From positions 4,062,456-4,126,455 of the forward strand of contig JBNZDD010013683.1 of assembly GCA_050575255.1 (NCBI GenBank): a DNA stretch of 64,000 nucleotides. The letters run 5' to 3'. Source of the stretch: Harriotta raleighana (taxonomy: Eukaryota). The notes under the pieces are model-generated. The model saw only the letters and a program-made list of their open reading frames with translations. It was not told the DNA's origin and ran no database searches. A program made the position numbers and the translations under genes. Every line of letters starts with the position of its first letter. Within the stretch, counting starts at the first letter, position 1. This document shows positions 1 through 13,138 of this stretch, one piece after another.

Positions 1-627
1 CCTCTCCCCCCAAGAATGTTTCACTCTTTCCTTTCGCTCCTGTGTTGCAGGTGAGAATTTTTTCTTCTCGAGTTCGTTTCCATGAATGCCATCACCTTCC
101 TGATACCTCACCCACCCCTTCCTTTGTGCTAGACAGCGAATGTTTTGGGGGCGTTCTGGGCTCTCCTCACCCACATCTAAACACGCCTTCTAGCAAAGTC
201 CAGTGAAGCAGAACATTGTCCCTAGATTTCGCTCTTTGCAGACCTGGGAGTTTGAGCCATACTGTTGGGAACAGACGAGAATGGCTAACCCAACAGTTAC
301 ACCTCGGAAGTTCCTGCTGTCTAACTCAATGCCACACTATTCAGTGCAATTGCTCACTGGGCCATCAAGGAAGCAGCCACATTAGAAGCACTAGTCTTCG
401 GCGCGTTTTGTGAGAAATAATTGGCGCATTAAAAATGGCATCTGCAAATTGATGTCCCTATGAAAGAGAAATGAATTGAAATGTAATCCATTTCCCAATT
501 TGCTTTAAATACTCCATCAAGTCCCAGGGCACTCCTCGAACACTTCTGTAAGATCGCGGTGGTTTTACATCTATTTCTGATTTTGATGAAGTGTCTCTGG
601 TGAAACACAGATCTAACGAATCTAAAC

Positions 628-770
628 TAAGTCAGAAGATAGTGGATTCACGCTCCACGTTGGGATTGTGAAGTTCACAGTCTAGGCTGACCCTCCAGCT
701 CAGTGCTAGGAGAGCACTTTATCCTGAGGTCCTACCTGCCTGTTCAGGTGTATATCAAAGACACAATCCT
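628..770 (+). mobile_element. Old degenerate Deu-domain SINE fragment (SacSINE1-like)
   Basis: agtcagaagatagtggattcacgctcc...tctaggctgaccctccagctcagtgctaggagagc...ctgcctgttcaggtg resembles the DeuSINE head and core as I recall them, and the minus copy at about 55.7-55.9 kb. Confidence 0.55.

Positions 771-772
<2 letters not shown>

Positions 773-801
<29 letters not shown>
773..801. repeat. (AG)n microsatellite
   Basis: About 14 perfect AG units. Confidence 0.95.
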
Positions 802-808
<7 letters not shown>

Positions 809-861
809 AAAATGGCCGTTCACTTTGTGGCTGTTTGCGGATCTTCGATGTAAATCAATTG

Positions 862-948
862 AACAACAACAAATGACACTTGCACAGCGCCATGCGTGTT
901 AAGAAGACGTCCCAAAGCGCGGAAAGGCGGAGGAGGAGGAGGAGGGGG
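862..948 (-). mobile_element. L2-type LINE 3' tail fragment
   Basis: Reverse complement reads a C-rich tract, then gcgctttgggacgtcttcttaacacgcatggcgctgtgcaagtgtcatttgttgttg; same tail as the 13.3 kb and 33.7 kb copies. Confidence 0.6.
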
Positions 949-1036
949 TCGATGCAACTCAAAAATTGACCATCAAATAAACAGTCTGAGCCACTGAAAC
1001 CAGTTGGCAATGTCAACACTGAACACCATACCTTAC

Positions 1037-2123
1037 CTGTACATGAACGGAGCAACAGTGGCAGTGTTGGGATGGTTGTATTGCTGCTGTGGATGAGGTA
1101 GCTGGACACTGACAGTGTTACTTGCTGTAGTTTGGGTCGTGCTGGCTGTGGTGGCAGACTGAGCGATGCTGTTGTTCGCAGAGGAGGTCCCTCCGGGCCC
1201 TTTCCCCTCAGATGAGGCTAAACTACTGGAGCTCGAGTTCTTACTGTCCAACTGTGCTTTCTGCAGTGAGAGACCAGCGCCCAGCTTCCCACTGCGGGGT
1301 CTCTCTGTCTCCTTGGCGGGAGCTTGGGCACTTGTCGTTTTCCCTGTATGAGGTTTTAGCCCTGGTTTTGGTATTCCACTTTGTTGAGGTGCGGATGGGT
1401 CTTTTTTGGCACCAATCAGTTTCCCTCCTTTTGGGATAAAGCTTGTGATCTTAGAGGACTTTTTTGGCATGTCAGAAGTAGATGTCGGTGGTTCCTCTTT
1501 TGGCTCCTTTGCCACGTCTACCTTTTCAGAGATAGAGACCCTTTTTGTGACCTCCTTCGCTTTGTCCTTCTCCTTCTGCTTCTCCTTCTCCTTCTCACTG
1601 CCTTTTGCCGAGCTTTTCTTATTGCTCAACGCTCGACTGATAGTCCTTTGTGCAATGCCTTTTAGTGCAATTTTGGGGCTGTTTGAGGCAGGTCCTGGGC
1701 TATTAACACTTCTGGTCGAGGTGTCCATTTCACTAAGGTCCGCACAGTTTGCGGCTGGCTCCAGTCGCTCGCAGCTGCTTTCGTGAGGCCCTGAGGTGTC
1801 CACGCTGGTTCCGCTGGCCTTAGAACCACTTTTGCTATTGAACAGCTTTAGCTTCTCCAGCATGGACTTTTGGCCGTTGGCATTGGACTTGGCGTTGGAG
1901 GCTGGCTCAGCAGGTGGCTTGGGTGGCTCCTGAGCGGGCTGTTGCTTCACAGATAGCATGGAAGACGTGGCAGTGTGCTTGGCATTGAGGGACTTGCTAC
2001 GCCAGGGCTTAGCAGAATTTGGTTGGGGGATAGCGGAGGTGTTTCCACAAGCGCTGCTTACTGAAGCCTGGACATTCTCATTCATCCCAGGCTGTTGGAT
2101 CGCATTGTCTGCTGGCTCTGGAA
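1037..2123 (-). CDS. NAV2: NAV2 large coding exon (exon 7 equivalent), Ser/Lys-rich region with SxIP motifs
   Basis: tgtttcag|TT CCA GAG...ATG TAC AG|gtaagg. 1087 nt open, with KPWRSKSL, QKSMLEKLKLFNSK, PKIALKGIAQRT, SFIPKGGKL, SGIPKPG and HPNTATVAPFMYR, all hallmark NAV2 segments. SAIP, SFIP and SGIP are EB-binding-type motifs. Confidence 0.97.
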
Positions 2124-3800
2124 CTGAAACACAGATAATGGTAAGTGAAACAACTCTACAAACTCTTCTGACCCTTCAAATTCTTTCCATAAAAGGGAAA
2201 GGCTTTTTTTTTTTTGGTTAAATATTCTCTGTCAGCAGTCTTTGTTAATACTTTTCACTCGTTGTTTGTCTTTGTCTTGTCTGCACTGTGCAATTTTGAC
2301 ACTTGAAATGGTTTTGTCACATTTGAACATATGTTTTTCCCCCCAAATGAGGTGATGAGGAGATGCAAGATCAGATTACAGAAAACTTATAAAACCTGTT
2401 TAGCCTCTTTAAAATCTCTCGCATCAAATGATAATAATAACCAGAAAAAATCCCTGCATTTGATCGAGAGCTTTTCATGTCTTCACAGATTCATGGATTC
2501 AAGTAAATCAAACATCGGTCCACAACTAAAAAGTGCCTCCAAAAGTCTGTTGGAAATACCGTAACATAACAAACATGTTACAGTGTAAATCCATGCAAGT
2601 CCAGTGTGCGTTTGGTCTACAGATTTATCAGGAATCATCACCTTACTTTTGATGAATAAAAGCGGAAATCCAGGAGAGCGAATAAAGCGATTGTAAATGT
2701 TGATTATTTATTATCAAGAAGCAAGACACTGCTAGCAAATCCTTGTGCTGTTACCTCCAGCTTGCATTGCACTGAATAGTATACTTGGGCTCTTGCAAAA
2801 ATGATCAGCAGTGTGTTCCAGACCTGGAAGAGGCTTTTCCACCTGCAATTATTTTAATTATAAACGATCCCAGTCCAAATTCACACATTCAGAACAAAAC
2901 AACCACAGTCCGTCAATGAACATTTTTAGCAAGCAGTTTACTTACCCGAAGAGTCTCATCAATAACGTGTTACCTGATTAAAAAGCACTGGGTTCAGGCA
3001 CAAACTATTCAACAACGGCTTCTGTATGCAATTACTGTACTCTCATCTGTCACTGGCTCACAAGAGCAACTGTTCTTCATACAGTAGAAAACAAATACAA
3101 AATGCTTCCGCTTGTTGTCAAAACGCCACGGATCGCTTGCAAATGACTTCCCAATTTCAGGATTTAGTCCGTCGGTCAGCCAAGCTATTGTAGGAACAGT
3201 TTTACTGATTTTAAAGGAAAAAGAGCAGAAGCGTTGAAAAAAAAAACATGCGTTTCCGTGTGTTTTTCTTTACGTCAGCCCTGTCACAGGCCGATTGCAA
3301 TGGCTTTCCTTCGCTTCCAAGAATTTGCGAAGACGTTTATTACAGTTTGCAGTTGGTTTGATCCGAGCCAGATGCTCTGATGTTCCAACTCGTACATCTT
3401 CCCCTTTAACTGTGTGCCTGTAATTTACCGAATAACAATCACAGGCTGGACACCGGCCCAAACTACATGCTTGTTTAATGACTTCATTAGTTGACGGGAA
3501 AGTAGTGATGACAGTAGAAAATACTGGAAATAATGCGAGTTGGATTCCACAAAGGACAACGTCGACTAATTAAACTGCATTACAGTTAGAACCGCTACAT
3601 CGCCCTGGACAGAAAATGCAGACATTATTGCAGAATGAGCCTAAGGACAATATGTTGACCTTAGAATACCACACATCCACGTTATAAGCGGGCATTAGCT
3701 GGCCTCTGATTGATGGGCGTTTAATTTGAACCATTTTATCTCCGCAAAGACGTGCAGAAATTAACTGAAAGATAATGAGATGGAGTTCACAGACACTTGT

Positions 3801-4150
3801 GAGTGATTAGTGGAAAGCCACATTTATGTCCACAGTGCTTCAAAGATATCAAATGAAGCACTTTATTTTTTGCTTTCTCTGCCGCAGTATCATTGTAAAC
3901 CCCATTTAAGTCTTGATGAGATAAAAAAAAACACAGCATTCACAACTATAAGATGTCCTGGTGCATTGGATACANAAGTGATTAGTGGAAAGCCACATTT
4001 ATGTCCGCAGTGGCTTCAAAGATATCAAATGAAGCACTTTATTTTTTGCTTTCTCTGCCGCAGTATCATTGTAAACCCCATTTAAGTCTTGATGAGACTT
4101 AAAAAAACACAGCATTCACAACTATAAGATGTCCTGGTGCATTGGATACA
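3801..4150. other. Tandem about 174-bp near-identical duplicate around a single N (3975); probable contig-overlap artefact
   Basis: 3801-3974 is repeated at 3976-4150 with a few SNP/indel differences. Confidence 0.85.
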
Positions 4151-4729
4151 CTGAAAAATTCCTGCATATCTGGCATCGAAAGAGCCCAGAGTGATGAGAG
4201 TAAGACACAAATCAACTTGCAGGGAAAATCAATACCTCATTTCTAAGCGATTGACGCACCAGGTCAGTGTTTGCAGTCACGTGAATGAATCCAAGCATGT
4301 TCATCTCAAATAAGAATTCAGTGTCTGTTTGGTAGGAAGCTACTTGAAGCATATCTCTCTCTCCCTCTGAAAATTTGGCAGGTTAAAGTTACTGATTGAC
4401 AAAGAAAGTGCTCGCAGGTGGGAAAAAACAGCTAAGATATACTGCACTATAAATCACTCCCACATCTCAGCATCCAACACTAACTGTGCAATGACTTTCC
4501 CCTTGCATTGCACCAAACTGATAAAACAACCTCATAAGAAAAAGCAAATGTGAAAATCAACCCAGAACATGTATTAAGCTTGAATGCAATGCTCAATTGC
4601 TAGATCGCACTGCCTTGTCCAAAGTCTGTCCATAAATATTACTTGTTTTTCCCCCTCAGAAGGAAGGAATCGTACAGTTATTCAGTGGCACAGAATAGGC
4701 TCGCACCATCAAACACAGGTTCTACTTTT

Positions 4730-4853
4730 GCAACAACGGTATAACCAAATTACAGTTGTATAAGCAGCTTTTGCATCGGGAGGACGTCCCATGGCGCTGA
4801 GACACTGTCCGGCGTGGAGGGAGCTATGTAAATCAAAGTTGTTGTTGTTGTTG
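4730..4853. mobile_element. Two L2/SINE-type 3' tails in inverted orientation
   Basis: caacaac...cttttgcatcgggaggacgtccca (minus tail) abuts gcgctgagacactgtccggcgtggagggagctatgtaaatcaaag(ttg)n (plus tail). Confidence 0.6.
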
Positions 4854-5384
4854 ACGACTGCTTCTGACAAAGCAGAACAATTATATTTCAGAATTTAAAA
4901 GATTCCAGCTTTAATATTCTGAACAATGAGAATTACACCTACCAACGAGTTACATGAACATAGTTTTTTTTTCCAACTGTTAGTTGTTTCATATTTATAA
5001 TTATGAAGTAGCCAAAACCAATCCATTTAATGTGCTCAGTATGCAAAGTTTTTTTAATGATGATACAACAATCAAAAAACGATACTCACTGTGAGCTATG
5101 CATCCTAATTCTGGTGTGTTTATTTATCGATCTCTTCTGTTCACATTTTTACCCGCTTACTAATAACTGTGGATTTTTTCAGTGGGGTTGATCCAAATCC
5201 TTCACCAAATGCTAAACGGCAAATGCTAGAAACAAAGTGTGCTCCTTTTAAACTGCGCACAGAGAAATTATAAATAATAGTTTCGTGCTGAAGGAAATGT
5301 TCTCTCCCACGGCTGTTCCATGTCAAGTTGGCTGTTATTCACTTGGGAACCGGGATCATGAGCATTGGTAAGCTTTTTTGGCAG

Positions 5385-5600
5385 GATGGTGGGGAGGTGG
5401 GGGGCATCACAGCTGAACCCAATCCTGTCCTCACCAAATGACCACACATGCACATTCTCTAGCAGTGGTCACCAGATAGCGATCAGGAAGAGAAATCTTT
5501 GTTGAATATCCCCTCCCTCTCGAAGCCAGTGCTCCACTGCCTTTACTGCCTGAAATTAGCTGGGATCAAACCTTGTATCTTCCCGATCTGTATCCACTGA
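5385..5600 (-). mobile_element. Old dispersed SINE-like repeat (family not named)
   Basis: ggcatcacagctgaacccaatcctgtcctcac...agcagtggtcaccagatagcgatcagga. Related segments recur at about 16090-16150, 32680-32850, 39595-39730, 41825-41875 and 58260-58300. Confidence 0.55.
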
Positions 5601-7780
5601 GGCACGGAGAAGCATCAGGATTTATTACACGTATTATTATACATAAAAAGTGAGGCCCACAGGTCCAGCAGTTCCATTCCTGTGGATTCCCTGCTCCCAA
5701 AATGTACCTCACATCTGTTAAGGATCCAATGGAGTTCAATAAGATTCTGCATCACTCATAATTCATGGGCTATCAACAGAGCATCTTTTGCACAGATTAT
5801 TGAAGCTAAACCCATTTCACCTATTTAAGTCTTTGTCAGTAAAGGGTCAAGGGAAGGTAACTTTCATGTGCTGCTTTCCTACATGGGGGGGAAAAAAAAT
5901 GGTTTGGGAAATGTACAGAGATTAGGTTTTTGGTTTCAGGGGGGGAGGGGGAGTTATTTATGAAGTACAAAAAGTCTTTTCCTTCCCACAACAAACGGTT
6001 AAGCTAATGACTCATCACCAAAGGTCAGGGGCAAATTAACAGCAATAATCGGAATTGAAGAAACATAATTAACATCCTCATCTGAAACAATTGAAGTTCA
6101 CTGAATCCTCCTAAGTTTCACCCCAAGGGCTTAGTAGGATTGGTGGCCAATTATCAAATGAAAGCATCTAAATTCCCTGTAAAATAGTTTACAACAGCCT
6201 TTTGGTGCCACTAGTTTGGCCAAATACTCTTATTATCTACTGGATCAAACAAGCTATTACTGCATAAAACCTTTTTTCTTTTTCAAAAAAAAATCTATCT
6301 AAATTACAAGGACATCTGTTGACAAGGACAAACATCAGAAGCCCCCCACCCCCACCATAAATGTGGACCAACCAACATTCACTCTACGAGAAGGGGAAGA
6401 TAATAAACGGGTTCGGACTAAAGACTCCATGTGGATCAACAAGACTGGCAACACTTTGAAAAACAAAGATTTCTCTGTGTAAATTTAGATAAAACTAGTT
6501 TCCTCTGAAAAGAGGGTCCATTGACGACATGAAACAGGAATTAATCTGTAAATTGATGATCGCTTCATCAGTCTCCAACAATCAGAGCTGTTTTAGCAAA
6601 TTCCACACTGGTGCACGATGGCTCCTCAGTCATTGTGTTGCCCTAAATGATCTGGACAGTTACTGGTCTTTTCCTGCAGAGAGAGTGCTGAAAATAAAGG
6701 ATTGGGAGCAAGAGAGCTCCAACAAAGAGATGTCCTTGATCAACTAAGTTTGTTACCTTCGCACCGCTGAAAAAGGGGACCACTGTCTCGTCCGTACAAT
6801 GGAATTAATGGGTTGGCGTTTCACTGTGAAGAAGCTGGGATCTCTCATGACTTCCTCCAGAGAGAGAAAAAATATCGAGGGAGAGAGAGAGAGAGCGAGA
6901 GAGAATCAGGTTGTAATGAAAGATCAAAGTGCAAGGTTTGAACTGGTAACTCAGTGTTCGTTGTTCTTCCCTCCCCTACCCCACCCCTCCTCCAATTTGG
7001 TCACCGAGCCAACCTAGGTTGACTGAGACTTTTATTCACCTTAAAACAATGAAAATACATTTAATACAGTACATTTAAGTACTTTAATTCCTTTTAAAGC
7101 TCCCACTGTTTACTGGCTCTAAGTCTACACACTGTCGAGGCTTTCTACTCCCTACAGAGCTCAGATCGTTACGTTTGGTCATTTGCAATGAAGCGCACAT
7201 TAACTGCCAACAACTAACGTAAGGCTACAAAATAATATCGGCATCTTTCTTTCAACTAAGTGAGCAATGCCTGACTGGGTGAATCTGGCCTTGTCGAGCA
7301 GTTACAATTGCTCTACAAGTGAAGCCACTTCACCAATAAACTGCATCGCCGTTTTAGTCCAATAATTACGATGGTTTCAAAAAAAAAACAATCATTTTAA
7401 ATGTGACGAAATTGAGCCATTTGATGTGAGGAAACAATTTAGACAGTGTAAAAACAAATGTGGTTTCCTGCTGGATTGAAAGGACATCTGTAGATAGGGG
7501 CACTACAAAGGATTTGGGGAAACCATTCTCTCCAGTGGCGTCTCTGCACTGACTCTGTCTATGGTACTTAGTTATACCATAACTAAGGCAACCCCTTCCC
7601 ACTCACCAACCCCCTCTCCCATCACTCTTCGCTCTCTGGGAAGGATGGAACACAAGGGCATCACATTTCAGCAACATGACTTATACCACACTCTCCACGA
7701 CAATGTCACTGACTGTAGCGCTGCTGTGTGAGTATAAATGTGTTGGTGGGGAGGTCAGCACTTTCAGAGCTAGCAGGATA

Positions 7781-8100
7781 AATAATAATAATATAAATAA
7801 CAGTCCTTGCATTTGATACAGCGCTTTTCACATCTTCGCGATGTCTCAGAAAACGCTTCACAGAATATACTGTAAAATGAATTGAGTGTATATTTGTGGG
7901 CGAAACGCGGCAGCCAATTGCGCACAGCAGTGTTCCACAAACAGTCATGGATTGAAAATGACCAATTTTTATTAATATTAGGCGTGTGTGTGTGTGGAGT
8001 AAGAAAACTTGCTCAAGGTTTCGCCCCGATCTGCCTAGATTCAAACACAGGTCTCACGCTTGTAAGGCGAGTGCTCTAACCACTGAGCTACAGGAGCTCC
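7781..8100 (-). mobile_element. Full-length tRNA-derived SINE with Deu-like core and L2-type tail
   Basis: Minus strand: GGAGCTCCTGTAGCTCAGTGGTTAGAGCAC (A box), GTTTGAATC (B-box-like), core ctgtgcgcaattggctgccgcgtttc, tail gtgaaaagcgctgtatcaaatgcaaggac(tat)n. Confidence 0.93.
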
Positions 8101-8875
8101 ACGAAATGATGGCATAACAATGAATAATAATTTCATTTTGCGATTTCTCAAAGAATCCACTGTAAAATGTGCTGTCAAGGCATTAAAAAGCAAGAGCATG
8201 GCAAGTCTGTAGCTTGTATTTCAAAATAAGTACTGTATTACAGAGTGCTATTGCAGGCTGCCTATGTAAATCATTTTACCTCTGTTTGAAAATAGCTGCT
8301 GAAAGTGAGTGAATATTTCATATAATCAGAACCGCAATAACAACCACATTCGCCATAAGAGAATTGCTAATTCAAGTTTCACACGAAAGGAAATTATGTA
8401 GCCTCCTTGACAGGGCTGAAAATCTAATAACAACATTTTCAAGTGTAAAAGCTCTCGAAACATAAATATTTGCATCGAGCCAAAACAAAGCGTGGGTCGA
8501 ACAGCAATGGTGGAGGAATGCTAAGCCAGAAATGACTTTGTGGGCAGAGGGAATAGTGTGTAAAACATCGAGACCCTGTCGTGATAAGGAGATCATGAAT
8601 ACGGCGAAATGTAGTAAGTCTGACGTGTTTAATAGGAAAGAGGCTCCTGGAAGTTTTAAAAATAGTATTTTGATCTGAGAGTAAAGTAGTACAGATTTAT
8701 TCATCGCGTCAAAGATAGAGCAGCACTATTGGAAGATTCCTAGTCAACCCAATAAAATTAATCATATACTTTGTAGATGTTTGTGTAATGTTGCTGTTTG
8801 CAAATTAGCTGCCATATTCGCTTACAAAATACACAGTCACTGCACTATACGCTCCCAACATCCAAGGTATATTTC

Positions 8876-9000
8876 TTTTGAGGGATTATTATTAGTCCTG
8901 TGGACTAAGGAAACTTGTCCAAGGTTTCACCCTGCTTGGAAATGAACCCAGGTTTCTCACTTGTAAGGCAAGTGCTCTAACCACTGAGCTACAGAACTCC
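8876..9000 (-). mobile_element. 5' half of the same SINE (tRNA head)
   Basis: Reverse complement GGAGTTCTGTAGCTCAGTGGTTAGAGCACTTGCCTTACAAG...; a short plus-strand Deu-core fragment lies just upstream (about 8790-8846). Confidence 0.9.
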
Positions 9001-12000
9001 ACTGCATAATATGAGGTAACCGCAGAAAACATTAACCATCAATTAACCATCATTTCTATGAAGCTTTTTGAAGTTTGATTGCTTTTGTCATTTAGTATTT
9101 AATCCATAATCAATCCAAGTTTAACCTCGTTTTAGTTCAGTAAATATAATTGAAACCAATGAATGTTTCTATTCAGTGCTGAACTTAATCTGCCCCAATT
9201 ACTATCATTGCATCTATAGGACTCAGAGGAAATAACAAGGCTGTGATCTAACTGAGTGATTCATATCATAAATCATGCTAACTCAAGGCGACAGATTATT
9301 TTCTTGCCTCTTGGTGATTCAGTAATTCAAGTGAAGAGCTGCCCCCTGCTGGCATTGTGTAGTAAATATTTTTGTAAAGCAACGTTTGGTTCTGAATGAG
9401 AAATTATTGACGAGCCAGTCAGTTTTACGTGACAAGAGTATTCTTCACTCAACTTGCTTTCCTACTCTCCCCCACCTCCACCGCCCGCGCCACCCAGCAA
9501 AAAAAAATCTCACTAGAATTAAGTAAATTTAACATAAGAGTATAAAAAAGATCGAGTATATCAAATTCAAAATAAGAGTCACAGAATATGGCTGCGGTTA
9601 CGGTGTTACAAGGTGATATGCCCCAGTCATCTCTGCAACCCCATCTCACTTTGATTGGCCATTTTACAGGTACATTTTTCAGGTGATTTGAAATCCTGCT
9701 TCCAAACGCAATCCAATTGCCCAATATCCACCCATAGCCCAGCCAGGTACAAGAGTAGATTGATTGTTCAAGCACATTGGGACTGATTGATCTATTCATT
9801 TACTTTCAGTTCTCTTAGACAAACCAAACAGTCGTTCCTCATCATAACCTGATGGATCAGTAAATTTATCCAGTGAGTCAAACAGACCGGGAAGGTTCCA
9901 GGTCCAATCCCCAGGGGTAAGGATCAAACTACATGCCTCACCAGAAACATACATATTAATACGTTCCAATACATTTTGGAAGAAATGTTGTACAAGATAA
10001 AATAGAATAATTACGGAAAGTTTATTTTAATCCGTATCCAAAAATGCTCCCATTGAACTACAGACCCAACCACAAAGGCCGGTATTACATGAGGAAGAAT
10101 CAATCAAAAACTAACTACCCTCCCTTTATAATAAATATATAACTTGTTGCCTGGGGAGCGCACAAATTACACTGAGCGACATTAAAGGTTCCTCTTTATC
10201 ATATCTCTTTGACAGTTGGCGTCTATTCAACTTTGTGATGTTAAGAAAGGCCACACTTATTAACTGCACTGAGGGAGTGAGAGGTTATTGACCGTTGCAG
10301 ACAAATTCTGAATCGCAGAGATCCAAAGTACTTCATCTCTGTGTATGTCCGTAAATTGTAGAGCGAAAAACTGAAATGAAACGTCAGATGCAACTATTGC
10401 CACAGTAATTCATAAAACCTGCAACAAATCAAATTTTTTTTTTTAAATGAGTTTCTTTCCATTTACCGCTATCTGTCTTTGCAAAAGTTCCAACAGATCC
10501 AATCACAAACTGCTAACAACTTTTCCTCAAGATCATACACCAGCCTTTCCCAACCCAGAAAAACACATACGAGTTACAAACGAGCAGCAAAACAAGAGAG
10601 AGAAAGAGAGAGAGGAAAACATTTAATACTGAGCGTCCCCGATGCCCAGGTATATCATTTCCTGCGTGATATAGTGTGTCTGAACTGCACGCCTATGAGC
10701 TTTCACATTCAAACCCCTCAACTTGGTTTGCGCAGTCTGGCTGATGCCTGGGATCAGTGACGGTAATGCTACAGCTGGTGTTAGGAGATTGTCTCAAAGG
10801 ATCTGCTGTAAAGTATAGTAATTGTGTATTTTGTAGGTGAGCGCTGCAAATAGTCTCTCTTCCACTTAGCTCTTATGAGCTAGGATTCCTGTTGATTCTG
10901 TTGTTAATGTGCCCGATGAGTGTAGAAATTGCAAACTTGGTGCTGACTTGGCCTTTTTTAAAAACACGAGATCCACAGCCTCTCTTCAGCCACTCTGCCC
11001 CCAACCTCTGGAACTCNAACTCCACTGCATAATATGAGGTAACCGCAGAAAACATTAACCATCAATTAACCATCATTTCTATGAAGCTTTTTGAAGTTTG
11101 ATTGCTTTTGTCATTTAGTATTTAATCCATAATCAATCCAAGTTTAACCTCGTTTTAGTTCAGTAAATATAATTGAAACCAATGAATGTTTCTATTCAGT
11201 GCTGAACTTAATCTGCCCCAATTACTATCATTGCATCTATAGGACTCAGAGGAAATAACAAGGCTGTGATCTAACTGAGTGATTCATATCATAAATCATG
11301 CTAACTCAAGGCGACAGATTATTTTCTTGCCTCTTGGTGATTCAGTAATTCAAGTGAAGAGCTGCCCCCTGCTGGCATTGTGTAGTAAATATTTTTGTAA
11401 AGCAACGTTTGGTTCTGAATGAGAAATTATTGACGAGCCAGTCAGTTTTACGTGACAAGAGTATTCTTCACTCAACTTGCTTTCCTACTCTCCCCCACCT
11501 CCACCGCCCGCGCCACCCAGCAAAAAAAAATCTCACTAGAATTAAGTAAATTTAACATAAGAGTATAAAAAAGATCGAGTATATCAAATTCAAAATAAGA
11601 GTCACAGAATATGGCTGCGGTTACGGTGTTACAAGGTGATATGCCCCAGTCATCTCTGCAACCCCATCTCACTTTGATTGGCCATTTTACAGGTACATTT
11701 TTCAGGTGATTTGAAATCCTGCTTCCAAACGCAATCCAATTGCCCAATATCCACCCATAGCCCAGCCAGGTACAAGAGTAGATTGATTGTTCAAGCACAT
11801 TGGGACTGATTGATCTATTCATTTACTTTCAGTTCTCTTAGACAAACCAAACAGTCGTTCCTCATCATAACCTGATGGATCAGTAAATTTATCCAGTGAG
11901 TCAAACAGACCGGGAAGGTTCCAGGTCCAATCCCCAGGGGTAAGGATCAAACTACATGCCTCACCAGAAACATACATATTAATACGTTCCAATACATTTT

Positions 12001-13138
12001 GGAAGAAATGTTGTACAAGATAAAATAGAATAATTACGGAAAGTTTATTTTAATCCGTATCCAAAAATGCTCCCATTGAACTACAGACCCAACCACAAAG
12101 GCCGGTATTACATGAGGAAGAATCAATCAAAAACTAACTACCCTCCCTTTATAATAAATATATAACTTGTTGCCTGGGGAGCGCACAAATTACACTGAGC
12201 GACATTAAAGGTTCCTCTTTATCATATCTCTTTGACAGTTGGCGTCTATTCAACTTTGTGATGTTAAGAAAGGCCACACTTATTAACTGCACTGAGGGAG
12301 TGAGAGGTTATTGACCGTTGCAGACAAATTCTGAATCGCAGAGATCCAAAGTACTTCATCTCTGTGTATGTCCGTAAATTGTAGAGCGAAAAACTGAAAT
12401 GAAACGTCAGATGCAACTATTGCCACAGTAATTCATAAAACCTGCAACAAATCAAATTTTTTTTTTTAAATGAGTTTCTTTCCATTTACCGCTATCTGTC
12501 TTTGCAAAAGTTCCAACAGATCCAATCACAAACTGCTAACAACTTTTCCTCAAGATCATACACCAGCCTTTCCCAACCCAGAAAAACACATACGAGTTAC
12601 AAACGAGCAGCAAAACAAGAGAGAGAAAGAGAGAGAGGAAAACATTTAATACTGAGCGTCCCCGATGCCCAGGTATATCATTTCCTGCGTGATATAGTGT
12701 GTCTGAACTGCACGCCTATGAGCTTTCACATTCANGGAAAACATTTAATACTGAGCGTCCCTGATGCCCAGGTATGTCATTTGCTGCGTGATATAGTGTG
12801 TCTGAACTGCACGCCTATGAGCTTTCACATTCAAACCCCTCAACTTGGTTTGCGCAGTCTGGCTGATGCCTGGGATCAGTGACGGTAATGCTACAGCTGG
12901 TGTTAGGAGATTGTCTCAAAGGATCTGCTGTAAAGTATAGTAATTGTGTATTTTGTAGGTGAGCGCTGCAAATAGTCTCTCTTCCACTTAGCTCTTATGA
13001 GCTAGGATTCCTGTTGATTCTGTTGTTAATGTGCCCGATGAGTGTAGAAATTGCAAACTTGGTGCTGACTTGGCCTTTTTTAAAAACACGAGATCCACAG
13101 CCTCTCTTCAGCCACTCTGCTCCCAACCTCTGGAACTC
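8995..13138. other. About 2-kb essentially identical tandem duplication split by a single N (11017), with a nested duplicate at N 12735; probable assembly artefact
   Basis: 8995-11016 recurs from 11018. The track shows identical ORFs 9449..9799 and 11472..11822. Confidence 0.88.
9338..9354 (-). promoter_or_regulatory. Candidate CTCF motif (duplicated at 11361-11377 by the artefact)
   Basis: Reverse complement TGCCAGCAGGGGGCAGC matches the CTCF core consensus CCASYAGRKGGCRS. Motif match only. Confidence 0.4.

Noticed and set aside
1033-2085. 350-aa ORF as a stand-alone single-exon gene
   Set aside because: The frame is open upstream to the acceptor at 2123, and the stop is the TAA inside the GTAAG donor. 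It is an internal NAV2 exon.
1166-2221. Several plus-strand ORFs antisense to exon 7
   Set aside because: Antisense shadows of a long coding exon with low-complexity translations.
8995-13138. 2-kb tandem duplication as a real segmental duplication or duplicated 116-aa gene
   Set aside because: The copies are essentially identical and joined by a single N, like eight other sites. The ORF has no recognisable homology and no exon signature.
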